64,000 nt of DNA from Nageia nagi (lineage: Eukaryota > Plantae > Pinophyta), in contig JBITNC010000001.1 in assembly GCA_050084985.1 (NCBI GenBank), positions 90,768,001 to 90,832,000 on the forward strand, written 5' to 3'. The translations under genes were made by a program, and so were the position numbers. Below the pieces are notes generated by a model, which searched no databases, was not told the DNA's origin, and saw nothing but the letters and a program-made list of their open reading frames with translations. Below are positions 25,945-40,000 of the stretch, in pieces (position 1 is the stretch's first letter; each line of letters starts with the position of its first letter).

Positions 25945-28900
25945 TAAATATTCTCCTTAGTTCAACTCATCATTTGTGAAGTCTACCCACTTTTCATGAA
26001 AGTCAACTAAAGCCTTATGCTCCCTTAACCATTTCATACCTAAAATGATATCAAAGGAATGTAAAGGTGTAACATAAAAATTGCACTTCATGAATACATT
26101 TATGAATATATTATCTACATCCTTAAAATACTTTATGAATAATAAGGTTTAACTTGAGCCATACTCTACCTTCCACTGTAGTTCCAAATTTTTAGATTTC
26201 AAGGGCAAATTATCTACTAAATTCAAAGATATGAAATTCTTAGTAGAGCCACAATTAATTAAAATATTTTAATTGTTTTATCAAGGACCATACCTTCAAT
26301 TAACATAGAAGTAACTTGTCCTTCAATATTTGGATTTTTAGTTGTAACATATATTATTTTCTTGACCTCACCCTTTCCTCTATCTACTCTATTAGTGCAT
26401 TGGTTTGTATATATAATGTGCCTTGCCATATACACAAAATATATATTTTGGAGCCTTATTGTTGTCCTTAATCTCTCTTTAAGAGTTATTAGAATATTTT
26501 ACCTATGAGTTTATTTTACTTTATTTTCATTATTAGGGGTTTTACCCTCTTTCTTGTTCCCTTTATTTTCTTATTTTTGGAACCTCTTGGAGTTTTGCTC
26601 CTTGGATTCATCATGATTTTGAGAGAACTTCCTCTTCTTAAGCCTATCCCTATTCCTTTTAGAATATTCCATTGGTGTAGTTGGAATTACTCTTACATTT
26701 GAATTAGTTTCTTTTTGCTTTGTAAGATCATAAGCCTCTTCCAAGGTTTTAGGCTTATACAAATTGATTTGAGTTCTTATTTTGGGCTAAATTCCTAATA
26801 TGAACTTCTACACCTTTATGTGCTCTTTATTAGCATATTTAGTCCCATAATTCATCAATTTTATAATCATCATGTGGTACACTTCTATTGACATAAATCC
26901 CTACCTTAATGTGGTAAATTCATTTTTTTTCCCACATAATACCTATCTTTTAGGAATCTCTTTCTAAGAGATTTAAAAAACTCCTCCCTTTTTAGGAGTA
27001 CTGCTTGGACTTTCTTATCCTCTTGATAAGAGTTACACCAATAAAGAGTATCATTTTGAATTTGATAAAGAGGTTAATATTATCTTAGATTCAAAAGGAT
27101 ACTACTTTCATGGAGAAACAAACCTCCATTTCCTTTAACCAAGATTTGAAAGAATCTCCATATTTCCCATTAAGCTTAGAGGCTTGTATATTTTTTAAAT
27201 CTTTAGAGGTCTCTTGCACTATCATTTTTCTAATTTGGGATTGAGTATCTCCTTTGAGATTTCCCTAAGGATTATTATTTTTAGAATTTTCTCTAATTGT
27301 AGAGCATTATATTCTCTAGCTCTGAAGGTTCTAATAATTTATTTTTATTATACTACTTAAGTTCACAACACCCTAACAAACTTTTGTAATTCAATGTGTT
27401 CATTTTCTTTCTCACTTGAGAAAACTTCATTAATCATAGGCCCATCGACCACCCTAGTCCTACCGACTCATGGTACCTTTAGTAACATAGCCTATAATAT
27501 GTGTCAAGTTTTTAATTAGGTTTTGGGAACCAAACTCATTATTATCATTTTTGATTATCATAATATTTTGAAAGTCACATTTCTATTGATAGTAATTCTA
27601 AATTACTTTCAATCTTTCCTAACTTCATTAAGATCAATGTTTCATTTCAAGATTATATATTGACTAAGAAAAAAATATCATTGTCCCACTTATGAGAGCA
27701 TAGTGTCATTGCAGTCAATACTCTATAATTTAGTAGGCTAGGAATCTAGTTTAAGGAGAGATTTTAGAAGTTAAGCAATCTTCCCTAACCTACCTTCTAG
27801 TTCCAACTGTTTATAAATTTTTGATATAAAAATATAGCCAATATGACATATTTCTATTCATAATTCCTAAGGGGATTATTTTTTAGGTACCATATACCTA
27901 AAAAATTTGCTTGTCCCCCCTGATTCTACATTCATATGTTTTAGACATCATCAGGTCTTAGTTTAGACTAGTTATCATTAGTACCACTTTCTTGTTGATT
28001 GAATAACAATTTTTACTCAATGTTTAATGGACAATGTTAATTATCCTTTTCCTACCCATAATTTTCATACAAGGGACCACCATATAACCTTATGATTTTA
28101 TCCCTTATTCATGCAACTAAACCATAATCATATGATATGCACTACTTAGTAACATCGTTCATATGGTGTCTTTTCTAGTTATGTTTTCTTTGTACAAAAT
28201 TGGATCACTCTTTAAGCTCTTTGAGTTATTTATTGACCATCATAGGTATTTCACCTAGTAGTTTCATTATTTTAAGCTTTCATATTTCTTAAATTAATGG
28301 TTTTTCTAATCTTAAATTAGTTAATAAGAACACACAAAGATTAATAACAAAATATTTCAATTTCAATTCCAAAATATGAAAGTGTCATGAACATATTACA
28401 TTATTAGCATATGATGGTATTGATATCACTCTCAACATGAGCATCTAAAACCTCTTTCAATTCTATTTCTTCTACTACATGCATTTTAGGAACTCTTGAA
28501 TATACTTTCTTGTGTTTGGAGAAATCTCAAGAGTCTTTGATCCATAAAATAAAGGAAAGTCTCTAACAACACTTGGTTTAGAAACTAGCTTGGGGGTTAA
28601 AGCCTCCTTTAATATACTCCTTTTAAATAATTGCATTTTTATGTAAAAATACCTTTTAAAGACTACTTCTACTTCTATGTTTGATATTGAACTTGGTAGT
28701 ACTTCTACATATTTTATCTTCTTCTTAGTTGATTTTTTTTCTTTTCTCACCTTGCATAGGTATTTTCAAAATGAGTCATTTCTTTATTCTAAATCTAAGA
28801 AAATTATTTATCATGCCCAAAATTTTTTATCCTAGTGCTTTGATGCCAACCTATAATAATCCATCTTGGGGATGAGGAAAATATTTGGACTAATTTATTT

Positions 28901-29924
28901 TTATATATAAGGGAAACACTAACCTTTTTCTAAGTGTATTTACTTTAAGAAACTTCAAAAGGTATATCAAATTTCCCTAAGGTCCATAACTAAGATTAAC
29001 ATGTTGTATCACAAAGGATACACAATTATTTAAATCCATTTGAACCAAAACTCATAGTTAGTGTATTCTTAGAGAGACTTCGTGCATGTCATACTTTCAC
29101 TTCCCAATCACTTTAGGTTCTCAATTAATCAATTAGATTTAACAATACCTAAGCTATACAATCATTTACTTAGAATAAAGTCAATCTTCATGATGATTCT
29201 TTGCATGAATGCTTTGTAAGTTGGAATAATTAAAAATCATGATGTTAATATTTGTTTGATATTTAACAACCTCTAAACCTTTAAACAATATTGAACATAT
29301 GTAAATAAATTTATTTTTCTTACTATCTACTTAGATTAACTAAAATACTTTTATTGTAGATGAATCACCATTAATTTGCATTTATCCATTCTATCCATTA
29401 ATTAAAAACTATTTATCTTTGATAAATGAATAGTGCATTTGTCTAGAATCTTAATTATACATTTTATTTTTTACATAAATGAATTGAGAAAGCTAATATA
29501 TAAAAAATGAAATAATCATGCAATACAACACATTCAAATAACACCATATTTATTTTATAATGGGTCAATATTCTTGGGTTTTCACTTGAGATGTAACCCA
29601 CTTTGGTAGCTAAGCTATCGATTCTGTAATAGAGAACACTTGTATTAATTTCTAAAGTTTACATACAATTTCTAGCAAATCTCTTTAGCTATTGCTATTG
29701 TATTAAATTACATATTTTTCAAATCAATATCTGGCTCCTCATCATTCTACCTTCAGGTTGGTGAAGATATTCTTTGGAAATATGTAAATTTTTTCTTTGA
29801 AAATAATGAGTTTTCTACAATTTACTTATTTATGCTATTTCACATTACTAATAATCATATTAACTATAACTAGAAACTCTCTTTAAAATAAATACTCTTA
29901 CAAAGCTTAATAAGAATATATAAT

Positions 29925-32900
29925 ATTGTTACAAATCTTGGTTAGATGTATAGGAAAAATGTTATTCCATGAGAATCACTTTTGGATTAGTAAATACTTA
30001 TGGTCCATAAACAACAGAGAAAAAATAAGATTGTTGGAAAAAAATTTCTACATGGCTAAATGCTCACAATGATATCTCATGTATCATGGGAGGAGACCTT
30101 AATGTGATTAGAAAATTAGAAGAAAAGCAAAGAGGTTCAAAAAAACTTGAGGTCTATGTGTATCACTTTAATGAGTTTATTGATGACAACTAGCTATTGA
30201 GCCCTTTTGTACACAAGGAAACTTCATATCATCAAACTATCAATCTGCTAATCATATGATTATAGAGAAATTAGATATATTTATCCTATCTTTGATGTGG
30301 GTTGAGTAGGTTATTCTAACCCAAATTGAAGTTCTACCATATATGGGGTCACATCAATGGCCCATTGCATTAATAGTAGACCTAGTTGTGAAGAGATTTG
30401 GCTTGCCTTTTAGATTTGAATATCCCTCTTTCTATGAGTTAGTTGCAAAATGGTGGTAGGAGGAGATTCATGTATATGGTGCAAACATGTTCAAATTTTC
30501 TACCAAACTTAATCTGCTAAAAACTAAAATGACACTTTGAAACAAGATTTGGCTCAAATTGAGATTCATCTTCAACTATAGTATGATGATTCTGTATTGG
30601 ATCAAGAGCAATCCTTAACTAAAAAACTAGAGGAAGTCTACATGCATGAAGAAGTATTTTGGAAATATAAAACTTGTATCCAGTGGCTCAAGGAAGGGGA
30701 TAACAACAACAAGTTTGTCTACATTTCCAATATATCCCATAGATCTTAAAATAGAATTGCAAGTCTAGTAACCCCCTCTGGCCAAGTTTTTGCTTCACTT
30801 GATGAGCTAGATGACCACATCATTATCTTTTTCAAAAAGCTTCTCATAGAGGAAGTGGTTGAGAGGGAGGATTCCCAAGCCTATTTTGAACCTCTCATTC
30901 CCAATCTGGTGACTCTAACCCAAAATCTAGCTCTTTTGGCATAAAGTTTAGTGGAGGTTGAAAAAGAAGTCTTCCAAATGAAAAGGTTAATAACCCTTGG
31001 TATGGACATGTTTCCTCCTTGTTTCTATCAGCATTTTTGGCTCCTTTTAAAGGATGATATCATAGGTGTGGTTCAAGAATATTTTTCTTCCAAGTAGATG
31101 TTAGGAAGGCCACACTTTTCTAGCTCTAATTCTAAAATAAAAAGAAGTAAAAATCATGGATGCTTTTGAACCCATCTCTCTTTGTAATATCCTTCATAAA
31201 ATTATTTTGAAGGTGATTGCTAATCACCTCAAGAACATCATTCATTACATTATTTCAAAAAAACATAAAGCCTTCATCAAAGGAAAATAATTGATGGATG
31301 GAGTTGTATTGGTCCATGATCTAATCCACTCCTTGGTAACTAAGAAAACCAAGGGTCTCCTACTAAAATTAGACATAACGGAGGCCTTAAAAAAAGTCAA
31401 TTGGGTGTTCCTTATATGTATAATTAAAAATCTTGATTTTGATTATGATTGGCTACAATGAATCCATTCTCTTATTACATGTCCCTCATTCTCCATTCTC
31501 ATTAATGGAAGTGCTCAAGGGTTTTTAAAGGGATCAAGAGAATCCTCTTTCACCATATTTATTCATCATTATGGTAGAGGCATATAACACCTTCAATTGA
31601 TAGGACATATTAAAGGGCTCCAGATTAATCATCTCTTCCCCCTAGTAACCCATTCTCAATTTGTTGATGATACACTCCTCACATCCCATCCCTCAAAAGA
31701 CTTCTTAATATCTATGTGATAGCCTCAAGTCAAGATGTTAACACAAGAAAATCAAATATATATGGTTTAAGCACTCCATATAAGCTCATCCAGGTTCTAG
31801 ACCATAGTACTAGTATGAATGTAGACTCTATTCCTAGCACTTATTTAGGTCCACCACTATTTTAGGAAGAAAAAATTGGTAATTTTTATGATAAAATTGT
31901 TGCCAAATTCCATTTCAAAAAGTAAATATGGAAGGATAAATGGCTCTCTTTAACTAGAATATTGATCAAAATTAAATTAGTTCTTAGCTCTCTTCCTATC
32001 TTTAGAATGGGGTTATTCTATATACCCTTGCAAACCTTAGACAAAATTAAGCAGATAATGAGGAACTTCATGTGGCATGGTACTTTAATAAAGAGAAAAA
32101 TCCATTTTATGGCTTGGGATATAGTATACTTTGATAAAATACTGGGTGGTTTAGGCATTCAAAAGCTCAAGATGATGAACATAACTCTATTGGGAAAGCT
32201 AATGTGGAGAGCCTATATAGATCATCACTCCCTTTAGTGTTAGATGCTCAAGACCAAGTACTTGGGTACTACATACCAAGAGAGGATCTTCATGAAAAAT
32301 GAATTTTCAAATGCTCAAGACCAAGTACTTGGATACTACATACCAAAATAGGATCTTCATGAAAAATGACTTTTTTATGGGTTTAATGGTCTAGAATGGG
32401 CCATGCAAGGCACATATGAATGTTTCAACACATTAAGTGGATTCCAGTGAATGGAACCAAATTCAACTTCTACAAGGACTCTCTAAGGATCAATTACATA
32501 AGAGAGGTATATCTAATTGAATTTAGTGTGTCATGTATGGAGGAGTGGTTGAGATAGGACCTCACCTCCTTTTACGATATCCATGAATATGGAGGAAATT
32601 TTATTTTATTTTCAATACAACTTAGGCTAATCCAACCTTTATAGGAAACCTATTATCTTCATGGAAATAACCCTATCCTACTTTTTTCCTATTAATTGTT
32701 TGGAATGTAGCTTTAGCTATGATTCTTTGGAATATCTGGTTGGAGAGAAATAATCAAACCTTTAGGCATGTTTAGAACTTAGAAGATAAGATTTGGGACA
32801 GGATTGGATACCAATTGGCTAACATCTAGGATAGTCATACTCCTAAAAACTCATACCTATAAATGAAGGTCAATGTTATTGGATACTGGTAACCCCTTCA

Positions 32901-33277
32901 ACATGTATGGAAGCATAAAATGAATAACTAAATCTCCATGCTGATCATGTTACATATTTTCCAAGCTTTAGGCTTTTTTCCTCGTAGTTCTTCTCTTCAA
33001 CAATCTCCTAGCTTCTCCAATTTTGAGACATATTAAACTCTACTATTGCAAGTCTCATTCCTAATCATGAATTATTTTTCACTATCCCAGCTTGCCAATG
33101 GAGACTCCCTATGATGGCATGCATGCCCCAACAATCTAACTCAATTAAATTATTTTCTCTACCTAGTGAGTACCTACTACTCTTTCTTGCTACAAACCAT
33201 AATATGTTGGCTAATTTACAAGTTTTGCATAATTTGTAAAGGATAATAAAGTAGTAGAAATTTTTTTAACCGTAAAA
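29925..33277 (+). mobile_element. 5'-truncated, decayed L1-clade LINE (ORF2: endonuclease, RT, C-terminal region) inserted in the Gypsy 5' LTR
   Basis: NTYGP and GGDLNV endonuclease motifs (~29995-30105); PISLCN and QFVDDT RT motifs; GGLGI..LLGKLMWR (ORF 31962-32237); WNIWLERN. AATAAA at 33245, short A tail, and 13-bp TSD AAGAATATATAAT (29912-29924 and 33278-33290). Confidence 0.92.
32243..32375. repeat. ~67-bp tandem duplication within the LINE
   Basis: ATGCTCAAGACCAAGTACTTGG.TACTACATACCAA..AGGATCTTCATGAAAAATGA occurs twice. Confidence 0.9.
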
Positions 33278-36200
33278 AAGAATATATAATTATTGGTTAT
33301 CATGACAATAATCCAAGTCAAATGTATGAGCACATGCATAGATAAAATATTATTCAACACTATTCTTGTCTTATTTTATAAATGCATACCTACTGAAATG
33401 TATCACAAGACCTTGGGAATTATTTACTAAATAATTCATCCAATATTTTCATAACTAAAATATATGCCTAATATTTAAAAAATATTAAATGGAATATAGG
33501 GATTCCATATCTTGTTGCATTCATGTATGAAGGTTTATAGTACTCTTCTTTCCAAACTATTATGGATCAAAACTCTATGCTTACTGCCATGCATGCAATT
33601 ATTTTTAACTAAAACATACTCAGGTTTCGTGAAATCTCAAGTGTAGAATGCATCTATAAGCATAACAAGTTGATTTTTATAGCACCTCTTTCTTAACCAA
33701 AAATTCCCTTTTATTTAACCAATGCAACAAAAATACTGAAATAAACTTTGCATGCAAATATAGAATAGAAATATAAGTGTGCTTTTATTCCAAGCCATAA
33801 ATGAAATCATATATCCACCCAAGGAAACCCCATTATGAAATTAAACTCACAAATGCATCTTGAATTGTAAGATTGAATAACACCCATAAATATAAAAGAA
33901 CAACCATCTTATTTACTATGCATCTTAGCTAAGAATGGATTCTTATTGGGGTATCATGACCAATTTATCACCTAAACAATTTTACTTTTATTAACAAACT
34001 ATCCATTCAACACAACCACAATAAAGAGAAAAATTTATGCTTTTAACATGATATGGGATTAGGTGGACAATACATGGCTCATTCAAACCTAGACATTGAC
34101 TAAGTAATGTAATAAGGATAGCTCAATATTGTTATTGATAAACCTTAATACTACAAAATTATATGATTGTAGGAGAAACATTTACCTTGATCACAATTCC
34201 ATCAATGTGTGGACTACCTTACTATTCATGTTCACTATAATAACTCACACCCAGCCCATGAAAGTATTATTTTTTTCATGCAATTGTACCAAATACTTCT
34301 TCCCTAAGTTACCTTTGCACAAACTCACCAAGCCAATATGCCTTCCATTATCTTCTAGGTCATCTTAATCTCCTCTAATTGACTCATTATAATTTCTTAT
34401 CTGGATTTCATAACTCTTTTTTTTCCTTGTTCAACCTCCTCCCCTGATTCCTTACTCATGAAAACCTTCTCTCCTCCCTCCACTTGGTCATTTGGATCTT
34501 GCCACTAGGCCCTAAAACATTCTTTAATATTCTCATTGGATAGTCATATGATGGTATCTAATGTGATGCAATACTCCTTGGTAGTGCTCTTAGAAGAGAG
34601 TGTTTATTTTGTACTTTGAAGCCTCAAGAGATTTCAAATATTTTTTTAAAATATTCTCTCTCAAACCCATGATATTCATTATTTTCCTCGGATGATTTTT
34701 AGATTAAATATGACAATTCCAAACTATTATAGAGATGAACACATAGTTTTTTTAATAAAAAATTTATTTGATAACATCTTCCAAATCAACTAGTGGGAGA
34801 ATGACATGGCATTTTCCCTAATTTAAAATATTTTTGTATTTCATATGGTCGCCTAGTAATTTTCTGATAGTATTCATATGCTTTTATTTTAAATAAATTG
34901 TAAGTAATCATGGTGCAAGCTAATTTAATCAACCAAATTATTTTTAATTTTCCATGCTAAGGCATTAATATTAAAGGATTATTTTTTGGAATATCTAATT
35001 AATTTTATTTTTCAAAATGCCTTTCCCTAATCTATTCCAAAGATCTTATGTATTTTTCCACAACCTTAAATAAATATAATATTTTTCAATTGCACACCTT
35101 ATTTAAAATTTCACTAAGGATAATAAAATATAAATATTTAATATTTTATAAGATGCCCTTATTCGTGAATGTATACTTGACCATATCAAAAAATTTACTA
35201 TTCAGAACCTGGGTCCTTACCTCAAGTAAGGATATCCATTAACCTGTCAATAACTTAAATGTCAAATGAGTGATAATGCATTTTTTGTAAATCTAAAATA
35301 TTTAAACAAGGTTAGTTATTTGTAATCAAATGATAAGAAATAAAATTGAGTTATTCCTTCTACATAGGTACTATACTTAAAAATCAAAGGAACATATTAT
35401 CTTTTAACCTTAATATGTCATGCTATTGCATTCAAAACATGGTCAAGCACCTCAAATAACCATAACCTTATATGAGTTTTGCTCCTTCCCAAGCTTATGA
35501 AGGAAAAACTCAATCTAATTTAAAGTATTAATCAAGCTTAGCAAAATGAGTTGTTACAAAATCATAGAAAATAAACTAGATATGTAGATGCATAAAAATT
35601 ATTTATTATTATTAATAAATGATATTTTGAGTATCCAAGCTATATATTATTTAAATCATGCAAAGATCTATAATATCAAGACTAATGTGCTAATTAAATG
35701 CAAACATGTGCTAATAGAGGCTAATATCTCTTAATATTTTTTATATCCATAACTATCTTGAGGATATCAATAATATTACATATTGAGATGCTTATTAATA
35801 TTCTAAAGTTGGATCTCACTCTCTCTTATGTCCTTGCAGGTATAAAAGGAAGTGCACAACACAATAAACCCTATTAGATCACTCTAATAGTTGGTTTTCC
35901 ACACATTGACTACACTACCCAATGATGACTCTTAATACCACCTATCTGAGAATTTGTTATGCTTTAATCTTTATATTAGATTCTATCTTCGATACATGCT
36001 TTCATACTATGAATCTCACAACATCCATGGAGTGAGGAGACTTGATATTATAATCACACCATACGTATTTATGATCCAAAGCTACAAATTTTGAAGAATA
36101 TCAAGCATTAATCTGGATCATTTGAATATCATTATGGTTTCATCCCAAATATGATCCAATCCTCTACATAATCATATCATATATTGAGGATTATTTACTT

Positions 36201-37033
36201 CTGATATTAGGTGCATACTTTCTTGATATTATTTGAATAGCCTTGAAAAGTTCTTTGTACCATATATTGTATTTTAATATTTATTGTATTTGTTATAGTA
36301 AATCATAATTTAAAATCTATGTTTTGATTAGCCTAAATGCATTTATAAACATTAGAATTTTTATTTTAGGGAATCACTTTTTTTTAGTACTCTTGCATTA
36401 GAAACCCTACATTTTATCTTATTTTTGGTTGAATTAATTTTTTTTCCAAATTTTAAAAAAAAATTATTGCTTGAAAATCATTTGAAAATTAGGCAATTTT
36501 TATTTTCTAGAAAAACATCATTACAAAAAACCCTAGAATTTGGAGGTCATTTTATTCAATTTGGTGAAATCTATCATTAGAAATTTTTTCCCAAATCATA
36601 GAAAAATATAATTCAAATTTTCTCCCAAATCATAGCATCAATGTCATAGAATTTGATCAATCATAGAAAATATAAAAGGGAAATTTTGATCAGCAGGGCA
36701 TAGAAAAATATGAGCTTATTTCTATTCAGTTAATTCTAATTAAGATTTAGTGACAAGTGTATAGAAAGTAAAAATAATGGTCCTATGAGAAGTTTGCATT
36801 GAATATTCTCATTCTTAATTCATTATTGCAATATGAATATTTTAATGTATTAACAAAAAACCCAATAGATTCATATGATTGGTAAACTTGAATAAGTACT
36901 AGTAATGCAAAATATGGTATGCATGAATATCTAGAGAGTTGTCACTATGCTTTTAATCATAGTGGTGGTTCTACCACCCTCTAGTGCATTATAGTCTCTC
37001 ATTTTGTATATCATATAGGATGCATCTCATATA

Positions 37034-40000
37034 TGAGAAGTATTCTACTTTCATTAATTTGAAAAATGAAATCATTACATATATAGGTTTTGGAAAAACC
37101 AAAAAATAGACTATGCTAAAGATAAACTTAAGCTACGTGATCACAACTTATTACAATCCAATGCAAAAGCAAACTAAAACATGTTAAATATATCCTATCA
37201 TACTAGGAGACAACTTGGTGAAACATCAACTCAAAATAGTAATAATAATTCTAAAGATAAGGATAAAAATGGTAATCATGTGCATGCTATTTTTAGCTTT
37301 CCAGGCTCTATTTATAGGCATGATGTGCTTGGTGTTCAAGATGCTAGGTGCGGTGCACCTGGAGAAGGACACGGTATGCCAAGGGAATTTGGGCATGGTG
37401 TTCCTGGGTCTAGGCATGGTGTACCTATGAATAGAGAGTAATTCATCATAGAGAACTCAAGCCTTGGTGCTAGGCATGATGCACCTAGATATGGGCACAA
37501 CATGCTTATAAAAAGAGAGTAGTTCATCTTAGAAAACTCAGACTTGGACCTCATGAAATGAGCCAAGTTTCTAACATTATCCTCCTTGATGTTCAAGGGA
37601 CTTACTAATAGGCTTCTCAGCTTCAAAAAGCAAGTTTTAACAACTCCTTTAGTGAATATATTTTCAATATTATCCATGGTGTTGTAATGTTTGAGTTTGA
37701 TGATGTCTTTCTCTACCATATCTCAGATGAAGTGTTGATGATGTCTTTCTCTACCATATCTTAGATGAAGTGATACTTCATATCAAAATATTGGATCTTC
37801 TTTGATGGACTAGATTAAGTGCTAAATGGATGGCACTTTGGTTGTCATAGTACAAAATATTACATCCACTTTATTTCTCATTGAGTTCCTCTATAAGTTT
37901 TTGTAACCATAATGCTTAGGTACTAGCACTTGTGATCGCAATATACTTTACTTCAGTAGATGAAAGATCAATAGTGGTTTGCTTCTTTGAACTCTATGAG
38001 ATGATTCTAGAACCAAGGCTAAAATAATGTTTTGGTGTATACTTTCTATTGTATAAGTTACTCCCCCAATTAGAGTCATTATAGCCACAAATTTTTACCT
38101 CATCATGCTTGTAGTAGTGTATGCCAAAGTTTGATGTGCCTTTGACATAGCTCAAATTATTATGCTTTCCTTCATGTGTTCTTTAGTAGGATGACTCATG
38201 TACCTAGAAAGAAATAACATATGCAATATCTAGCCTAGAGTTGGTGGGAAATATCAAGCTCCCAACTAGGCTTCTACACATGGTTACATCAACCTTCGTT
38301 GTTCCATCATATTTACATAACAACTTTCCATGAGCTATTAGAGTGGTAAGTGGTTGGCATTAATCCAAGCCAAACTTCTTTAACATATCATGAGCATATT
38401 TGGATTGACAAATAAAAATTTCACCATTGCTTTGTGTTCTCCATACCAAGGAAATAGTGCATCAATCCAAGATTTTTCATCTCAAATTCTTGCATCATAA
38501 AGGCCTTGAATTCATCATTCAATTTTGCACAACTTCCCATATAGATTAGATCATCAACATATAAGCACACAAGTAGGATATTTTGATTTTTTTTCATGAT
38601 GTGGAGAGTGGGCTTACTCTTGCTCCTTGTGAAACCATATTAATGGAAGTAACCATCAATTCTTGCATGCCAAACTCTTGGAGCATGCTTGAGGCCATAC
38701 AAGGCTTCTTTTAACTTATACATAAGATTTTCACTCCCTTCTACCTCAAATCCTTGAGGTTGTTGCATATAGACCTCTTCTTCCAAATAGCCATTAAGGA
38801 ATGCACTTTTGACATCCATATGATTCATTAGCCAACCATTGTGGGAAGACAAGGAAAGAACTAATTGGATTGTCTCTTACCTTGCTACCAGAGAAAATGT
38901 CGCTTCATAATTGATGCCATAGCATTAGGTGAAGCCCTTTTCTATAAGCCTTTCTTTTTGTATCCCCATGCTTCCATCAATATTATATTTATTCTTATAG
39001 AACCATTTGCACCCAATATTCTTATTTCATTATGGAAGCTCCATAAGTTCAAAAGTATCATTCATATTGATGGAAAAAATATCTTCCTCCATAGTCTTCA
39101 TCCATAAATCATTAGTGCAAGCTTGATCATTGTTAGATGGTTCAATCTCTATACTAGTTACCAAAGCATAATTAAATACATCACCTTTGGGTTCATCATT
39201 ATCTTCATCACCATACATATTCAAATTTTCAAACCTTTTTATAACTTGATTAAGCTCACTTTCTTGGCTCCATATGAATCTCCTTGAGAAATTTTGATCC
39301 AACATTTGGTTGCATGGGTGTGCTTAAAGTGTTGTTTTACCTTGCTTTGCTTCTTCTACCTTGAAAAGTGAAGACTTTTGTTTTTTGATTTGATCCAAAG
39401 GCTACACTTTAGAGAATCTATCTTCAATGGATTCATCTTCATCAATGAGTTTTTGATGATACCATTCTCCCCCTTCATCAAAAATAACATCATTAGACAC
39501 AACAACCATATAGGTTTTTACATTATACAATCTATATGCCTTGATTTTCTCACAATAACTAAGACAAATACATGTTTGACTCAGAATCTAACTTTATCCT
39601 ATTTTCATCAATAATGTGAGCATAAGAAAGACAAACAAAAACTCTAAAATGCTTAACAATAGGTTTTTTCTCATACCATGCCTCATAAGGTGTGATGCCA
39701 TCCAATTTTGAAGTTATAATTTTATTCAAGATATATATTATTGTCCTTACTACATTGACCCAATACATATTGCTTAAATGTTTTCTTTGTAACATGCTTC
39801 TTCCCATCTTTACTATGGTTTGATTCTTTCTCTTCAATACACCATTTTGTTGTGGAGTATATGCAATTGTGAGTTGCCTCTTTATTCCACAATCCTTTCA
39901 AAACTTGAGGAAGTCATTAGAATAAAAATATCCTCCTCTATCAATCCTTAAACACTTCACAACATATTCACTTGGCTTTTCCATATGAGTTTTAAAATCT

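Larger units (their letters stand above)
21493..34155 (-). mobile_element. Decayed Ty3/Gypsy element (chromovirus-like RT) with nested CACTA and LINE; 3' LTR 21493-~23111 (truncated), 5' LTR 28852-29924 plus 33278-34155
   Basis: TSD AAATT (21488-21492 and 34156-34160); PBS remnant GCTTTGATGCCA at ~28837-28848; gag (YKPKTLEEAY), protease (~25960-26330), RT (DLRSRYHQ, FLDDILVYSK) and RNase H. Most of the integrase and the PPT are deleted. 22629-23111 matches 33288-33767. Confidence 0.88.

Noticed and set aside
29926-29938. TGTTACA at 29933 as the Gypsy LTR end
   Set aside because: LTR homology resumes at 33278 after the LINE, and an exact TSD is found at 34156-34160
34161-35577. Exon-like decayed coding patches (with 19446-21487 and 55392-55620) of the oldest host layer
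   Set aside because: No recognisable motif or termini by eye; left unannotated pending a homology search
37181-37719. Overlapping ORFs as small genes
   Set aside because: They lie in the Copia LTR internal repeats and RNase H end; the equivalent frames are not preserved in the other LTR
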